Shown here one piece after another: positions 1 through 9,251 of a DNA stretch of 64,000 bases. The position numbers and the translations under genes are program-made. The notes beneath the pieces are model-generated. The model was not told the DNA's origin. It did no database searches and worked only from the letters and a program-made list of their open reading frames with translations. Source of the stretch: an uncultured Gammaproteobacteria bacterium (GTDB taxonomy: Bacteria > Patescibacteriota > Patescibacteriia > Patescibacteriales > UBA12465); the NCBI GenBank assembly GCA_964470695.1, contig CAYYDR010000001.1, forward strand, positions 529,997 through 593,996, in the 5' to 3' direction. Within the stretch, counting starts at the first letter, position 1. Each line of letters starts with the position of its first letter.

Positions 1-242
1 AATTCGGCCTTTTTAATTTCTTCGCCTAAAATTTTCATTTCCGCAATTATTTCCGGAGTTGGCTTAGTCTTTGAGGCTTTATTACGTTTAGATTGGAGGG
101 TTTCCAGAGAGGCCGTTAGACCACGGCGCTTATCGTCTAAATCTATTATTAAATTTAAATCAAATTTATCCTCTGAAGAGCGTTTTCGCAACCCCGTCTC
201 CACTTCTTTTTTATTTTCTCTAATAAATTTTATATCTAGCAT
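1..242 (-). CDS. serS: seryl-tRNA synthetase, N-terminal fragment (truncated by window edge)
   Basis: Own reverse-strand translation from ATG (242-240): MLDIKFIRENKKEVETGLRKRSSEDKFDLNLIIDLDDKRRGLTASLETLQSKRNKASK... This is the classic SerS MLDxKxxR start followed by the coiled-coil tRNA-binding arm. It is absent from the ORF track because it is truncated. Confidence 0.8.
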   Translation of the reverse strand, partial: MLDIKFIRENKKEVETGLRKRSSEDKFDLNLIIDLDDKRRGLTASLETLQSKRNKASKTKPTPEIIAEMKILGEEIKKAE

Positions 243-251
243 ATGTTTCTA

Positions 252-1883
252 TTAATTTATTATTTCGCCACCAAAAGTTTTTAGTAAATCAGCCATTAGG
301 CCGCCCGCGGGCTTATTGTCCGGAGCGGCCGGTGTAGATGAGGCGGGCGTTAAAGGGGTTAACTCTGGCGTAGCAATGGTCTCTTCGCGGACAATATTTA
401 GATTTTCATCTATTAGAGACTCGTAAGATAATCCGGGGGTAAAAACTTCGGCTAAAGTATTGTCAACAATATTCTTTATGTTAGCGTCATTAATTCTATC
501 TTGATGAAATTTATATTTAAAAGCCAAACATAAACGTCCGTCTTTTATTCCTCTTGGCTCGCAATTTTGGAGCACAAAAGACAAGGAATGATTATATTTT
601 TTTATTTTTACTAAAAATTCCGGCCATTTAGAAATGACCTCGTTAAGAGATAAATTAATATTTTTTTCTTTGACCTGATTAGAACTAATATTTGTAATTG
701 GCGACCCTGGACTACTTATCTTAGAGCTTATCGGGGCCGTTCTCATGGTTGATTGAGTGGCGGCTGGACCGGAAGTACTGGGGCGATAAGACCCTAGGCA
801 GAGCTCTACTACCGCCAATTCTAAAGGTAATTGAGGAATAAGCGGGCTCTTATTATCATTAGCCGCTTCTAATAGCCGACGACTAAAAGTAATAATTTGG
901 TCCCAACTTAATAAATCAGTAATTTGCACTAGGCGTTTTTCTAAATGCTCCCCTAAATCCAAACCTAAATTATCAGCTAATTCGGGATTCATTTTAGCTA
1001 GCATTACCTGTCTAAGTAAACCGATAATTTCCACCGTAAAAGTCTTAACGCTGATTCCGCTGTCAACTAGGCTATTAATTAAGGCCACTGCCTTAGCGGC
1101 GTCTTTCTTCGCCAGGCACTCAATAAGGCTAATTGCTTCATTGCTGTTATAATGAGGAATTATAAGTTCAGCCTGTTCACTACTTATTTCTTTATCGCCT
1201 AGAGAAAATATCTGACCTAATAAGCTCTCGGCGTCGCGTAAATGGCCGCCGCTCCGCCTAGCAACTGCCTCTAGGACTTCGGTTGCAATAGTAATTTTTT
1301 CCTGGCCGGAAATATAGGATAATTTTTTAACTATTTCCTTTACGCTTATTCTCTTAAAATCAAAACGTTCGCAGCGCGAAATTATCGTACCAGGCACTTT
1401 TTGAATTTCAGTTGTACATAAAATAAAGACTACATAAGCTGGCGGTTCCTCAATAATTTTTAGGAGAGCATTAAAAGCCGAGATAGATAGCATGTGGACC
1501 TCGTCTATTATAAAAACTTTGAATTTTGTTTTAGACGGAGTAAGGCGGGAGAAAGCGATGATATTTTCTCGGACATTATCAACGCCGGTATTACTGGCCG
1601 CGTCTATTTCTATAATATCAAGATTCTGTCCGGCGGTAATAGTTTTACAACTAGGACAGGCATTACACGGTTCATATTCACCAGTTTTTCTTTTTTCACA
1701 GTTGAGAGCTTTCGCTAAAATTCTAGCTAAAGTTGTCTTGCCAACCGCTCGCGGTCCACAAAAAAGATAGGCATTGGCCGGACGGCCAGCGCCAACTTCA
1801 TTTTGCAGGCTTATTTTAACATGATTCTGACCGAGAACGTCAGAAAAATTTTGAGGACGATAATCGCGGTATAAGGTAGACAT
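252..1883 (-). CDS. dnaX: DNA polymerase III subunit gamma/tau
   Basis: Walker A GPRAVGKTT, Zn module CEKRKTGEYEPCNACPSCK, Walker B IIDEVHML, sensor SRCERF. C-terminal half is P/S/T-rich. Confidence 0.95.
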   Translation of the reverse strand: MSTLYRDYRPQNFSDVLGQNHVKISLQNEVGAGRPANAYLFCGPRAVGKTTLARILAKALNCEKRKTGEYEPCNACPSCKTITAGQNLDIIEIDAASNTGVDNVRENIIAFSRLTPSKTKFKVFIIDEVHMLSISAFNALLKIIEEPPAYVVFILCTTEIQKVPGTIISRCERFDFKRISVKEIVKKLSYISGQEKITIATEVLEAVARRSGGHLRDAESLLGQIFSLGDKEISSEQAELIIPHYNSNEAISLIECLAKKDAAKAVALINSLVDSGISVKTFTVEIIGLLRQVMLAKMNPELADNLGLDLGEHLEKRLVQITDLLSWDQIITFSRRLLEAANDNKSPLIPQLPLELAVVELCLGSYRPSTSGPAATQSTMRTAPISSKISSPGSPITNISSNQVKEKNINLSLNEVISKWPEFLVKIKKYNHSLSFVLQNCEPRGIKDGRLCLAFKYKFHQDRINDANIKNIVDNTLAEVFTPGLSYESLIDENLNIVREETIATPELTPLTPASSTPAAPDNKPAGGLMADLLKTFGGEIIN

Positions 1884-1899
1884 AATTCTTAATTATTAT

Positions 1900-4374
1900 T
1901 TAACTAGCGCGGCGGCTTATTTCCGCTTCCACTAATTTTACATTTTGGCCATACTTTAAACGGCTTAAAGACCTAATCTGGTCAGCGATGCCTGGTTGCT
2001 TTGCGCCTAAGAGGGGCCAGATAGTTTTAAGGGAAAAAGGACGGGCCGCACTATTATCAACTAGTAACTTAATATAAGCCGTACCCTTATCAGCATTTAT
2101 CAAATCATATTCATTAAAAACTGGGGCGAATTCTTTCACTAAAAATTCAGCGTCATCAGAGCCAATTTTAAAACTTACCATTGTCCCGACATTACCAAAA
2201 ACAGCGTCTTTAATTTCATGATTATTATTTTTACTTAATTGCCCTATGTACTGATGGGCAATCACTAAATTAAGGGCATATTTTCTAGCTTCTGATAAGA
2301 TTTGGCAGATTGAATTGGTGGTGAAATTTTGAAATTCATCAATATATAAATAAAAATCTTTACGTCCCTCGCTAGGCATATCGGTCCGTGATAAAGCCGC
2401 CATTAAGATCTTGCCGACTAAAATCATGCCCAAAAGATAGGCATTCATTTCTCCGACTAGGCCTTTTGGCAAATCAATAAGCAAAATTTTCTGCTTATCC
2501 ATTACTTCTCGTAAATTAAAAGCACTCTTTTGCTGCCCGATTATCGGGCGCATCATGTCGTTAGATATAAAAGAAGTTAATTTAGAGGTTATATAAGGAA
2601 CAATATTAGCTAAAGCGGCTTCCCCACCGGCCTTTTCCGCCTCCTTCTTCCAGAAATCTACTACAGTCTGATTTTTACAATTATTTAATTTTAAGCGACG
2701 AAAATTTTCATCAGCTAAGACTTTCGGGATTTCCATTAAAGTTGAACCGGTTGAAGGATCATCCATCACTAAAAGCATGGCGTTACGCATATACTGTTCA
2801 AACATTGGCCCGCCGGTAGCTTTTAGGTCATAGAGTTTATCAAAAATACCAATCATCTCATTAATTACAAAACTCTTTTGTTCCGGATAATGCGGGTCAT
2901 AATCCAAAAGATTAAGCGCTAGCGGCCGCTCTAAATCTCCAGGCGAAAAAATAATAACGTCCTCAGCTCTTTCGGGCGGGATTCTATCAAGAATATCAGC
3001 GATAAGATCGCCGTGCGGATCAAGTACACAAACGCCTTCCCCGTTCTGAATATCCTGGATGGCCATATTAGCAAGCAGTACTGATTTACCAGTTCCTGAT
3101 TTACCAATTATATAAGTATGGCGACGCCTATCAGCTCGCTTCATCCTGATTTCTTTTTTGACGCCGCGATAAACATTCTCGCCCAGAGAAATTCCTTGCT
3201 CCGGCAGATTTGCTGGCGCAGGGGCAATTTTAGCATTAAGCCAAAGTATATTAGGGGTTTCGGTAGTACTAAGAGGAAAATGAAAAAGGCTGGCTAATTC
3301 TTCACTATTAAGGATAAAACTAGCCTCCTCGCGAAAATGGCGATAAATATAATCTTTAATAATCGCTTCCGGCCGTCTTTTATTTAAACGAACAAAAACA
3401 TTACCATAGCTGAAATTATTGTACTCGGTAAAAGCGCTACCGACATTTTCTAAATAAACATTAGCTTGTTCTTTAGTTTTAGCGCAAGCCACGACTCTAA
3501 TGTTAACATCCAGGCCAGCCTTCATGTTTTTTTCCTCAATTGATTTTAACATCTCCTCTTCTATGGCTGTTAACCGTTTCATCCGGGGATCATTAAGCCT
3601 ATTTTGATCATTATTGCTTTTTTTAGTTACAAACATTTCTCCTAAAAAACTGCTAATCATGCCCCATAGGCCGGCGGCTTTTAACCCGTCTTTAACGGAA
3701 TTTTTTTGATGAATTTTGGTCACTACCAGACGGGAATGCCGGTGCCAAGAACTATGGGCGCTGCGAACCGTATATTGGATTGCCAAGCTTTCATCTTTAT
3801 CTAATTTAGACAAAACATTGATTAAGGAATTAAGCGGATCAACATCCATTTTCTGGTAAGTCTTAAGGGGAAAAATAAAACTTTTGGCAGTTTTTAAATA
3901 ACCAGCCGCTACCGCCCCCCTAAGGCTAAAAGAGTTATAATCCTGAACCTCCTCTATGACCGCCTCAGGATAATGCGCGTGAATCTGCTGCTCTAAATAA
4001 CGAGCGCCATCGTAAGGAGCAACCACATAAAAAGAGATATGATTATGGCTGGCCACTATTTCAAAAGAAAATTGATCATGCCTGCCAGATAACCAATGAA
4101 ATAAACCGCGTTGCGCCCTTAATCCTCCAACGGCCGAAAAAATAGTTTCTCCTTTAGATATTTCCTCCCTTAATTGTTGCGTGGTGTCCTCTTTATTATC
4201 GTCATTAGGCTTTTCTTTAGGCAAGCGAACCAAAAAGACTTTATGATGATAGTAACGGCGGCCGGACCAAAAAAATTTTATGACTCTTAAAATTAAAAAT
4301 AATAAAAAAGCCATTGCCACGCCGCCTAGAAAATAAGGAAGAAACTCGCCGAAATCTAAAGATATCTCAATCAT
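1900..4374 (-). CDS. membrane-anchored VirD4/TraD/HerA-like P-loop ATPase (type IV secretion coupling-protein-like)
   Basis: N-terminal TM helix (FLGGVAMAFLLFLILRVI). Walker A GKSGTGKS, Walker B LYIDEFQNF. About 400-aa N-terminal domain of unknown function. Family assignment is from motif and architecture recall only. Confidence 0.7.
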   Translation of the reverse strand: MIEISLDFGEFLPYFLGGVAMAFLLFLILRVIKFFWSGRRYYHHKVFLVRLPKEKPNDDNKEDTTQQLREEISKGETIFSAVGGLRAQRGLFHWLSGRHDQFSFEIVASHNHISFYVVAPYDGARYLEQQIHAHYPEAVIEEVQDYNSFSLRGAVAAGYLKTAKSFIFPLKTYQKMDVDPLNSLINVLSKLDKDESLAIQYTVRSAHSSWHRHSRLVVTKIHQKNSVKDGLKAAGLWGMISSFLGEMFVTKKSNNDQNRLNDPRMKRLTAIEEEMLKSIEEKNMKAGLDVNIRVVACAKTKEQANVYLENVGSAFTEYNNFSYGNVFVRLNKRRPEAIIKDYIYRHFREEASFILNSEELASLFHFPLSTTETPNILWLNAKIAPAPANLPEQGISLGENVYRGVKKEIRMKRADRRRHTYIIGKSGTGKSVLLANMAIQDIQNGEGVCVLDPHGDLIADILDRIPPERAEDVIIFSPGDLERPLALNLLDYDPHYPEQKSFVINEMIGIFDKLYDLKATGGPMFEQYMRNAMLLVMDDPSTGSTLMEIPKVLADENFRRLKLNNCKNQTVVDFWKKEAEKAGGEAALANIVPYITSKLTSFISNDMMRPIIGQQKSAFNLREVMDKQKILLIDLPKGLVGEMNAYLLGMILVGKILMAALSRTDMPSEGRKDFYLYIDEFQNFTTNSICQILSEARKYALNLVIAHQYIGQLSKNNNHEIKDAVFGNVGTMVSFKIGSDDAEFLVKEFAPVFNEYDLINADKGTAYIKLLVDNSAARPFSLKTIWPLLGAKQPGIADQIRSLSRLKYGQNVKLVEAEISRRAS

Positions 4375-4375
4375 A

Positions 4376-4858
4376 TTAAAATTTATCCTTTATTTTGATA
4401 ATTCTATCAGCTTTAATTTTAACTTCTTGCTCTAAAAAAAATTTATTAACACCGGGAATTAACTTTAACCAAGACCTAATTAAATCAATAATTTTATTAA
4501 CTTTAACTTTGGTTTGTCCTAATAGTTCATTTATTTTAGCCACAGTCTCCTCTCCCTTTTTTTTGAATTCTGATTGTTGTTTAGGATTCATCTTTAAAAA
4601 AACTTCATTTAAACCCTCGGCTAAAATACTATCAATAGCGTCGGCTCGTTTTTTTTGATAGCTTTGCGCCTGACTAACGGCTATAATATTCCCTTCGCTA
4701 GATTTTTCTAAAGGCTGGCTGGCCTTTTTAGAAAAAGCCTCTGGCTTAAGTAAAATTTTTTCTGCCTTATTCTCTTGGGCGCCGCCCTTTTCAACCGAGA
4801 CGGGTGTCGCCTCTTTACTATCGGGCCGTAAATTTTCAAAAACTTTTTCTATGGCCAT
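4376..4858 (-). CDS. hypothetical protein, translationally coupled to the VirD4-like ATPase
   Basis: 160-aa ORF. Its stop (4376-4378) lies 1 nt from the ATPase ATG (4372-4374). The charged, helical C-terminal half ends in an amphipathic segment. No family recognised. Confidence 0.6.
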   Translation of the reverse strand: MAIEKVFENLRPDSKEATPVSVEKGGAQENKAEKILLKPEAFSKKASQPLEKSSEGNIIAVSQAQSYQKKRADAIDSILAEGLNEVFLKMNPKQQSEFKKKGEETVAKINELLGQTKVKVNKIIDLIRSWLKLIPGVNKFFLEQEVKIKADRIIKIKDKF

Positions 4859-4876
4859 AAAAACTAATTAGGCGAT

Positions 4877-5050
4877 TTAATTAATTAGAATTGCTTCCAC
4901 TGGACAATTCACAGCGGCATTTTTAGCACAATCACTATCAGTACTATTAACTACCTCGGATTTACCATCTAAATTCATTTGAAAAGTATCCGGACATAGG
5001 CTGGCGCATAGACCGCAGCCTATACATTTGTTCTCATCAACTTTTACCAT
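4877..5050 (-). CDS. small single-cluster [4Fe-4S]/[3Fe-4S] ferredoxin (57 aa, below ORF-track cutoff)
   Basis: Own translation: MVKVDENKCIGCGLCASLCPDTFQMNLDGKSEVVNSTDSDCAKNAAVNCPVEAILIN. It has the CxxCxxCxxxCP motif plus a distal C...CP, typical of monocluster ferredoxins. Confidence 0.8.
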   Translation of the reverse strand: MVKVDENKCIGCGLCASLCPDTFQMNLDGKSEVVNSTDSDCAKNAAVNCPVEAILIN

Positions 5051-5208
5051 AAAGATAAGACACAGACAAACAAGCCAAAACGGCTAATTAGCCCGTGTTT
5101 TTTATAAATTATAAATAAAATTCTGTTATTTTTATTTGATTGTATTATAACATATTTTATAAAAAATAAAACCTTTTTTAAAGCCAATAATGGCGATATT
5201 TTTACTAT

Positions 5209-5237
5209 TTGACAATTATAAGTTCTTTTGTTATATT
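5209..5237 (+). promoter_or_regulatory. sigma70-like promoter upstream of rpmA
   Basis: TTGACA (5209-5214), 17-nt spacer, TATATT (5232-5237). Lies about 85 nt upstream of the rpmA ATG. Confidence 0.5.
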
Positions 5238-5322
5238 ATTTAGGTAAAATAAAATAATTAACCAAAATACAGCATGTTATCATCTCGGTTTGTGTTACGC
5301 GTGCAGTATTATTCTAATCATT

Positions 5323-5631
5323 ATGGCACATAAGAAGGCCGCCGGGTCTACTTCCTTAGGACGAGAGTCAGAAAGCAAGCGCCTAGGCATAAAAATTACT
5401 GATGGTCAGTGGGCTAAAGTTGGCTCTATTATCATTAGACAACGTGGCACTAAATATCATCCTGGTCAAAACGTTAAAAAAGGTAGCGATGATACCCTGT
5501 TTTCTATGAAAGTAGGAGTCGTTAAATTCTCCACTAAAAAACTTAAAAAATTTGATAATTCCTTAAAGACTTGTAAAGTTGTCAGCGTTATAGTTCCTGA
5601 CGCCAAACCGGTGGCTAAAGCCAAAAAATAA
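5323..5631 (+). CDS. rpmA: 50S ribosomal protein L27
   Basis: [24 protein letters not shown]...[10 protein letters not shown]. Start set at ATG 5323; the track start at 5290 adds an implausible [11 protein letters not shown] extension. Confidence 0.95.
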   Translation: MAHKKAAGSTSLGRESESKRLGIKITDGQWAKVGSIIIRQRGTKYHPGQNVKKGSDDTLFSMKVGVVKFSTKKLKKFDNSLKTCKVVSVIVPDAKPVAKAKK

Positions 5632-5650
5632 TTTTTTTGAACACTTAAAT

Positions 5651-5682
5651 AAAAAATAGCTCTTTTTAAGAGCTATTTTTTT
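5651..5682. terminator. bidirectional intrinsic terminator between rpmA (+) and pyrG (-)
   Basis: Stem ATAGCTCTT (5656-5664) pairs with AAGAGCTAT (5668-5676). An A-run lies upstream and a T-run downstream. Confidence 0.6.
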
Positions 5683-5695
5683 ATTGATTAGTTGA

Positions 5696-7378
5696 TTATT
5701 TGCCAGTATTTTTGGCGGCTTTAATAAATTCTACAAACAGAGGATGGGGCGCTAGCGGCCGAGAAATATACTCTGGATGGAATTGAACGCCGACGAAGAA
5801 AGGGTGATCTTTTAATTCAATCGCCTCAACTATCTGGCCGTCTGGAGATGTACCGCTAATAGTCAGTCCCAGGTTCTCAAACATTTCCCGATAATCATTG
5901 TTAAATTCATAACGATGGCGATGACGCTCAGAGACAACCTTTTTATTAGTAAATTGGCTATAAGCTTTAGCCAGATGAGTACCAGATTTTAATAAACACG
6001 GCCAACCACCCAGCCGGATAGTCCCGCCATAGCCCTTTTCTTTAATAAGCTTTTCTTGACCAGGCATGATATGAATAACTGGATTTTTTGTTTTAGGATC
6101 AACTTCGGCAGAATTAGCGTCTTTTAAATTAGCCACATGGCGAGCAAATTCAATCACCGCCATTTGCATGCCATAACAGAGACCAAAATAAGGAATACCT
6201 TTTTCGCGGCAATATTTAATAGTCTTTATTTTTCCCTCTGAACCTCGGCCACCCCAACCCTGAGGGACGATAATACCATCTAGTCCAGACAGAGCCTTAA
6301 TTCCCTCCTTATCAACATCCTCAGCTCCTAGCCACTTAATTTTGACCTTACAGCGAGCTGAAGCCCCAGCATGCTTAATAGCCTCAATTACCGAAATATA
6401 AGAGTCACCAAGAGAAAAGTCACCACTAGCAAAATATTTACCAACAATACCAATATTGACTACTGGGCTGGTTATTTTAGTGGCTGCTACCATTTTTTTC
6501 CAGGCCTCATTATCGCTTTTGCGGCGAATAGGCAAAGAAAATTTTTCTAAGATTCTTTGGCTCAAATTGTCTTTTTCAAAATTCAAAGGGATATCATAAA
6601 TAGAGTCAATATCAGGAGCGGATATTACCGCCTCAATCGGGACATTGCAATTAATAGATAATTTCTCCCGTCGCGCCAAATCAATCGGCCTTTCACTACG
6701 GGCGATAACGAAATCTGGCTGGATGCCAGCGCTCTGCAAGTTACGGACAGCGTGCTGGGTCGGCTTAGTTTTCATTTCCCCAATCTTATTAGGAATAGGC
6801 AAATAAGAAACAATAACAAATAAAACATCTCTAGGATGGTAGAGTTTCATAACTCTAGCGGCCTCTAAAAATAGCAAATTCTCGTATTCGCCGACCGTGC
6901 CGCCTATCTCAATAATCATAATTTCGGCGCCGGTTTTCTCAACCGCTTTTTCAATTCTGTCTCTAATTTCTTGAGGAATATGAGGAACAACTTGGACACA
7001 TTTCCCTTTATATTCTAAATTGCGCTCTCTAGTAATTACTGACTGGTATACCCGGCCAGTCGTCATATAATTTTCCTTATAGATATTGGTATTTAAAAAC
7101 CGTTCATAATTACCGATATCCTGATCGGTTTCATCTCCATCTTCAGTGACAAAAACCTCGCCATGCTCAACCGGGTTCATAGTGCCAGCATCAACGTTAA
7201 TATAGGGGTCCATCTTAATAGCGCTAACCTTATAGCCCCTGGCTTGCAATATCTGTCCGACAGAGGCAGTGGTAACGCCTTTACCAACGCCAGACATAAC
7301 GCCGCCGACAACGAAGATATACTTAACATCATCCTTTTCCGGCTGTTTTTTTAACTTAAGATTTTTTGATGGAGTCAT
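5696..7378 (-). CDS. pyrG: CTP synthase
   Basis: GGVMSGVGKG N-terminal synthetase motif. GATase triad region GLCYGMQ ... HRHRYEFN. Confidence 0.97.
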   Translation of the reverse strand: MTPSKNLKLKKQPEKDDVKYIFVVGGVMSGVGKGVTTASVGQILQARGYKVSAIKMDPYINVDAGTMNPVEHGEVFVTEDGDETDQDIGNYERFLNTNIYKENYMTTGRVYQSVITRERNLEYKGKCVQVVPHIPQEIRDRIEKAVEKTGAEIMIIEIGGTVGEYENLLFLEAARVMKLYHPRDVLFVIVSYLPIPNKIGEMKTKPTQHAVRNLQSAGIQPDFVIARSERPIDLARREKLSINCNVPIEAVISAPDIDSIYDIPLNFEKDNLSQRILEKFSLPIRRKSDNEAWKKMVAATKITSPVVNIGIVGKYFASGDFSLGDSYISVIEAIKHAGASARCKVKIKWLGAEDVDKEGIKALSGLDGIIVPQGWGGRGSEGKIKTIKYCREKGIPYFGLCYGMQMAVIEFARHVANLKDANSAEVDPKTKNPVIHIMPGQEKLIKEKGYGGTIRLGGWPCLLKSGTHLAKAYSQFTNKKVVSERHRHRYEFNNDYREMFENLGLTISGTSPDGQIVEAIELKDHPFFVGVQFHPEYISRPLAPHPLFVEFIKAAKNTGK

Positions 7379-7392
7379 AGATATTTAAAACA

Positions 7393-8619
7393 TTATTTTC
7401 TCTTGGCTTTTAACAATTCCAAGGCCTTATTTAATTGGGGATCAAGGCCTTTATCTAGGTCGGTCGTTGTCATTTTTACTTCAATATTAGGCTTTAATCC
7501 TTTTTCATTAATAAAATCACCCGCTGGCGTCAGCCACTTAGCAACCGTTACTTTAAGCATGGCTCCCTCAGATAAATCACTTAAAGTCTGAACCGAGCCT
7601 TTTCCAAAAGTAGTTTCTCCAACAATGGTCGCTTTTTTATAGTCACGCAGGGCGCCAGCTAATATCTCAGAAGCGGAGGCGCTACCGCCATTTACTAAAA
7701 CTATGGTCGGAAAATTCTTTAAACGTGCGTTACCTTTGGCGGGATATTCATTACGCCTGTTATCACTAAATTGCTCAGCTACTATTGGCCCTTCTTCCAC
7801 CCACTCACTAGCTAACTTAACAGCTGTTTCTAAGTAACCGCCCGGGTTGTTGCGCAAATCCAAAATTATGCCCTTAGGATTTTTTAAAAGAATAGTGTTA
7901 ACAGTTTCATTAAACAGGCCCTCCGTATCATTGTTAAAATTACTAATTCTGACTAAGAAAAATCCGTCAGCCCGCATTTCTGCCTTAACACTCTTAGTGA
8001 CTATCAGGGAGCGGATAATAGTAATATCTCTAGGCTTATCTTTACCGCTAATTATAGTTAAAGTAACTTTAGTACCCTTAGGACCTCTTATTTTTTTAAC
8101 CACTTCGTCAACCGTCAGTCCTAAAGTTGATTTTCCATCAACCGCGTATATCTTGTCACCAGGCCGCAATCCAGCCTTTTGCGCCGGCATACCGTCTAAA
8201 GGGGAAATAATTGTAGTAATATCGTTACGCATCCCCACTTCAGCTCCTATGCCCTCAAAAGTACCGGCTAAATCATCAGTAAATTCTTTAGCCTCTTTAG
8301 GACTCATAAAGACGGTATAAGGATCGCCAGTAGACTGGGCCAGGCCCTTTAATGAGCCATAAAAAAGCTCTTGATCACTAACCTTATTCTTATCAACAAA
8401 TTGATTTTTAAGGCTGTCCCAGACCTCCCAATATAAATTAAAATTAATAGCTGGATCTTGATTTTTAGGCTGAGTTAAAGCATCTTCAGAATAAGCAATA
8501 GAACGAGCCGCTAAGCTTTGCTCACGAGAACCATAATATGAACCGCCAATAAAAACGCCAGCCAAAACTATAATTAAAATTAAAGATAGGCCAATTTTTT
8601 TTAAGATATCTTTTTTCAT
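7393..8619 (-). CDS. S41 family carboxy-terminal processing peptidase
   Basis: N-terminal TM or signal segment. PDZ region (GLRPGDKIYAVDG). Catalytic region GGSASASEILAGAL ... TFGKGSVQ. Confidence 0.9.
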   Translation of the reverse strand: MKKDILKKIGLSLILIIVLAGVFIGGSYYGSREQSLAARSIAYSEDALTQPKNQDPAINFNLYWEVWDSLKNQFVDKNKVSDQELFYGSLKGLAQSTGDPYTVFMSPKEAKEFTDDLAGTFEGIGAEVGMRNDITTIISPLDGMPAQKAGLRPGDKIYAVDGKSTLGLTVDEVVKKIRGPKGTKVTLTIISGKDKPRDITIIRSLIVTKSVKAEMRADGFFLVRISNFNNDTEGLFNETVNTILLKNPKGIILDLRNNPGGYLETAVKLASEWVEEGPIVAEQFSDNRRNEYPAKGNARLKNFPTIVLVNGGSASASEILAGALRDYKKATIVGETTFGKGSVQTLSDLSEGAMLKVTVAKWLTPAGDFINEKGLKPNIEVKMTTTDLDKGLDPQLNKALELLKAKRK

Positions 8620-8642
8620 AATATTTTCTTCAATTCTCTAAT

Positions 8643-9251
8643 TTACGATCGCAATATAATAGGGTTATTACTGTAACGCAAATCAATTAAACGCGACGGT
8701 TTTTTATTTCTATTTACACCATTATCCAAAACTAAATCCGGACGCCTGGCTGAAGCAGGAAAAATTTCTGGTAATTGTTTTAGATTATAAATATTTTCTC
8801 CGCCACTTAAATTAAGGCTAGTAGATACTAAAGGCGCCTTGGTCGCCCTTAATATTTTAATTAATAATTTACTTTTAGGCAAACGCACGGCTAAACCGTC
8901 TGAAGAAGCCGTTATTTCCGGCGCTAAAAGGCCGCGATGTCTTAAGATAACCGTAGTTGGACGTGACTTAGTCCCCCACAATCTTTTTAAAATTATTCCC
9001 TGCCGCTTAGATAAAAAAACGTATTTTTTAAGCATGGCTAGGCTGGATACTAAAACGATGAGAGGCTTCTTGGCAGAACGTTTCTTTAAGCTAAAAATGC
9101 GCTTAACAGCCTTTGGATGATCAGCTCGGCAACTAAGACCATAAATAGTATCAGTGGGCAAAACGGCCACCCCTCCCCTTTTTAAAGAACCGGCTATAAG
9201 ACTAATAATGGCCGGCTCCTCGGATTTTAATTTATAACGCAAAGTTTTCAT
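8643..9251 (-). CDS. tsaC: L-threonylcarbamoyladenylate synthase (YrdC/Sua5 family)
   Basis: YrdC-domain signature VAVLPTDTIYGL ... KPLIVLV ... LVSTSLNLSG. Confidence 0.85.
   Translation of the reverse strand: MKTLRYKLKSEEPAIISLIAGSLKRGGVAVLPTDTIYGLSCRADHPKAVKRIFSLKKRSAKKPLIVLVSSLAMLKKYVFLSKRQGIILKRLWGTKSRPTTVILRHRGLLAPEITASSDGLAVRLPKSKLLIKILRATKAPLVSTSLNLSGGENIYNLKQLPEIFPASARRPDLVLDNGVNRNKKPSRLIDLRYSNNPIILRS

Noticed and set aside
1492-1770. Plus-strand ORFs 1492-1770 and 1494-1718 inside dnaX
   Set aside because: They are antisense to a confidently identified dnaX. Their sequences are low-complexity with no motifs or signals, so they are shadow ORFs.
4395-4658. Antisense ORFs across the window
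   Set aside because: The set comprises 4395-4658, 7163-7354, 7403-7591, 7847-8320, 8839-9120, 9373-9636, 11557-11772, 12311-12541, 14342-14879, 14371-14688, 14913-15110, 15331-15804, 16091-16354, 17484-17975, 19269-19454, 23323-23517, 26101-26373, 26945-27427, 28504-28707, 30830-31039, 33427-34191, 34493-34705, 43159-43341, 44120-45640, 45945-46157, 47079-47375, 48253-49269, 50180-50662, 52938-53234, 55537-55818, 58378-58584 and 61815-61997. Each lies fully inside, and opposite to or out of frame with, a gene with clear family motifs. This is typical of AT-rich shadow frames, and none has independent promoter, RBS or terminator support.
5290-5322. N-terminal extension of L27 (track start 5290, [11 protein letters not shown])
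   Set aside because: L27 conventionally begins MAHKKA.... The extension starts at a TTG codon (5290-5292) in the leader, about 50 nt downstream of the predicted -10 element. ATG 5323 is preferred.
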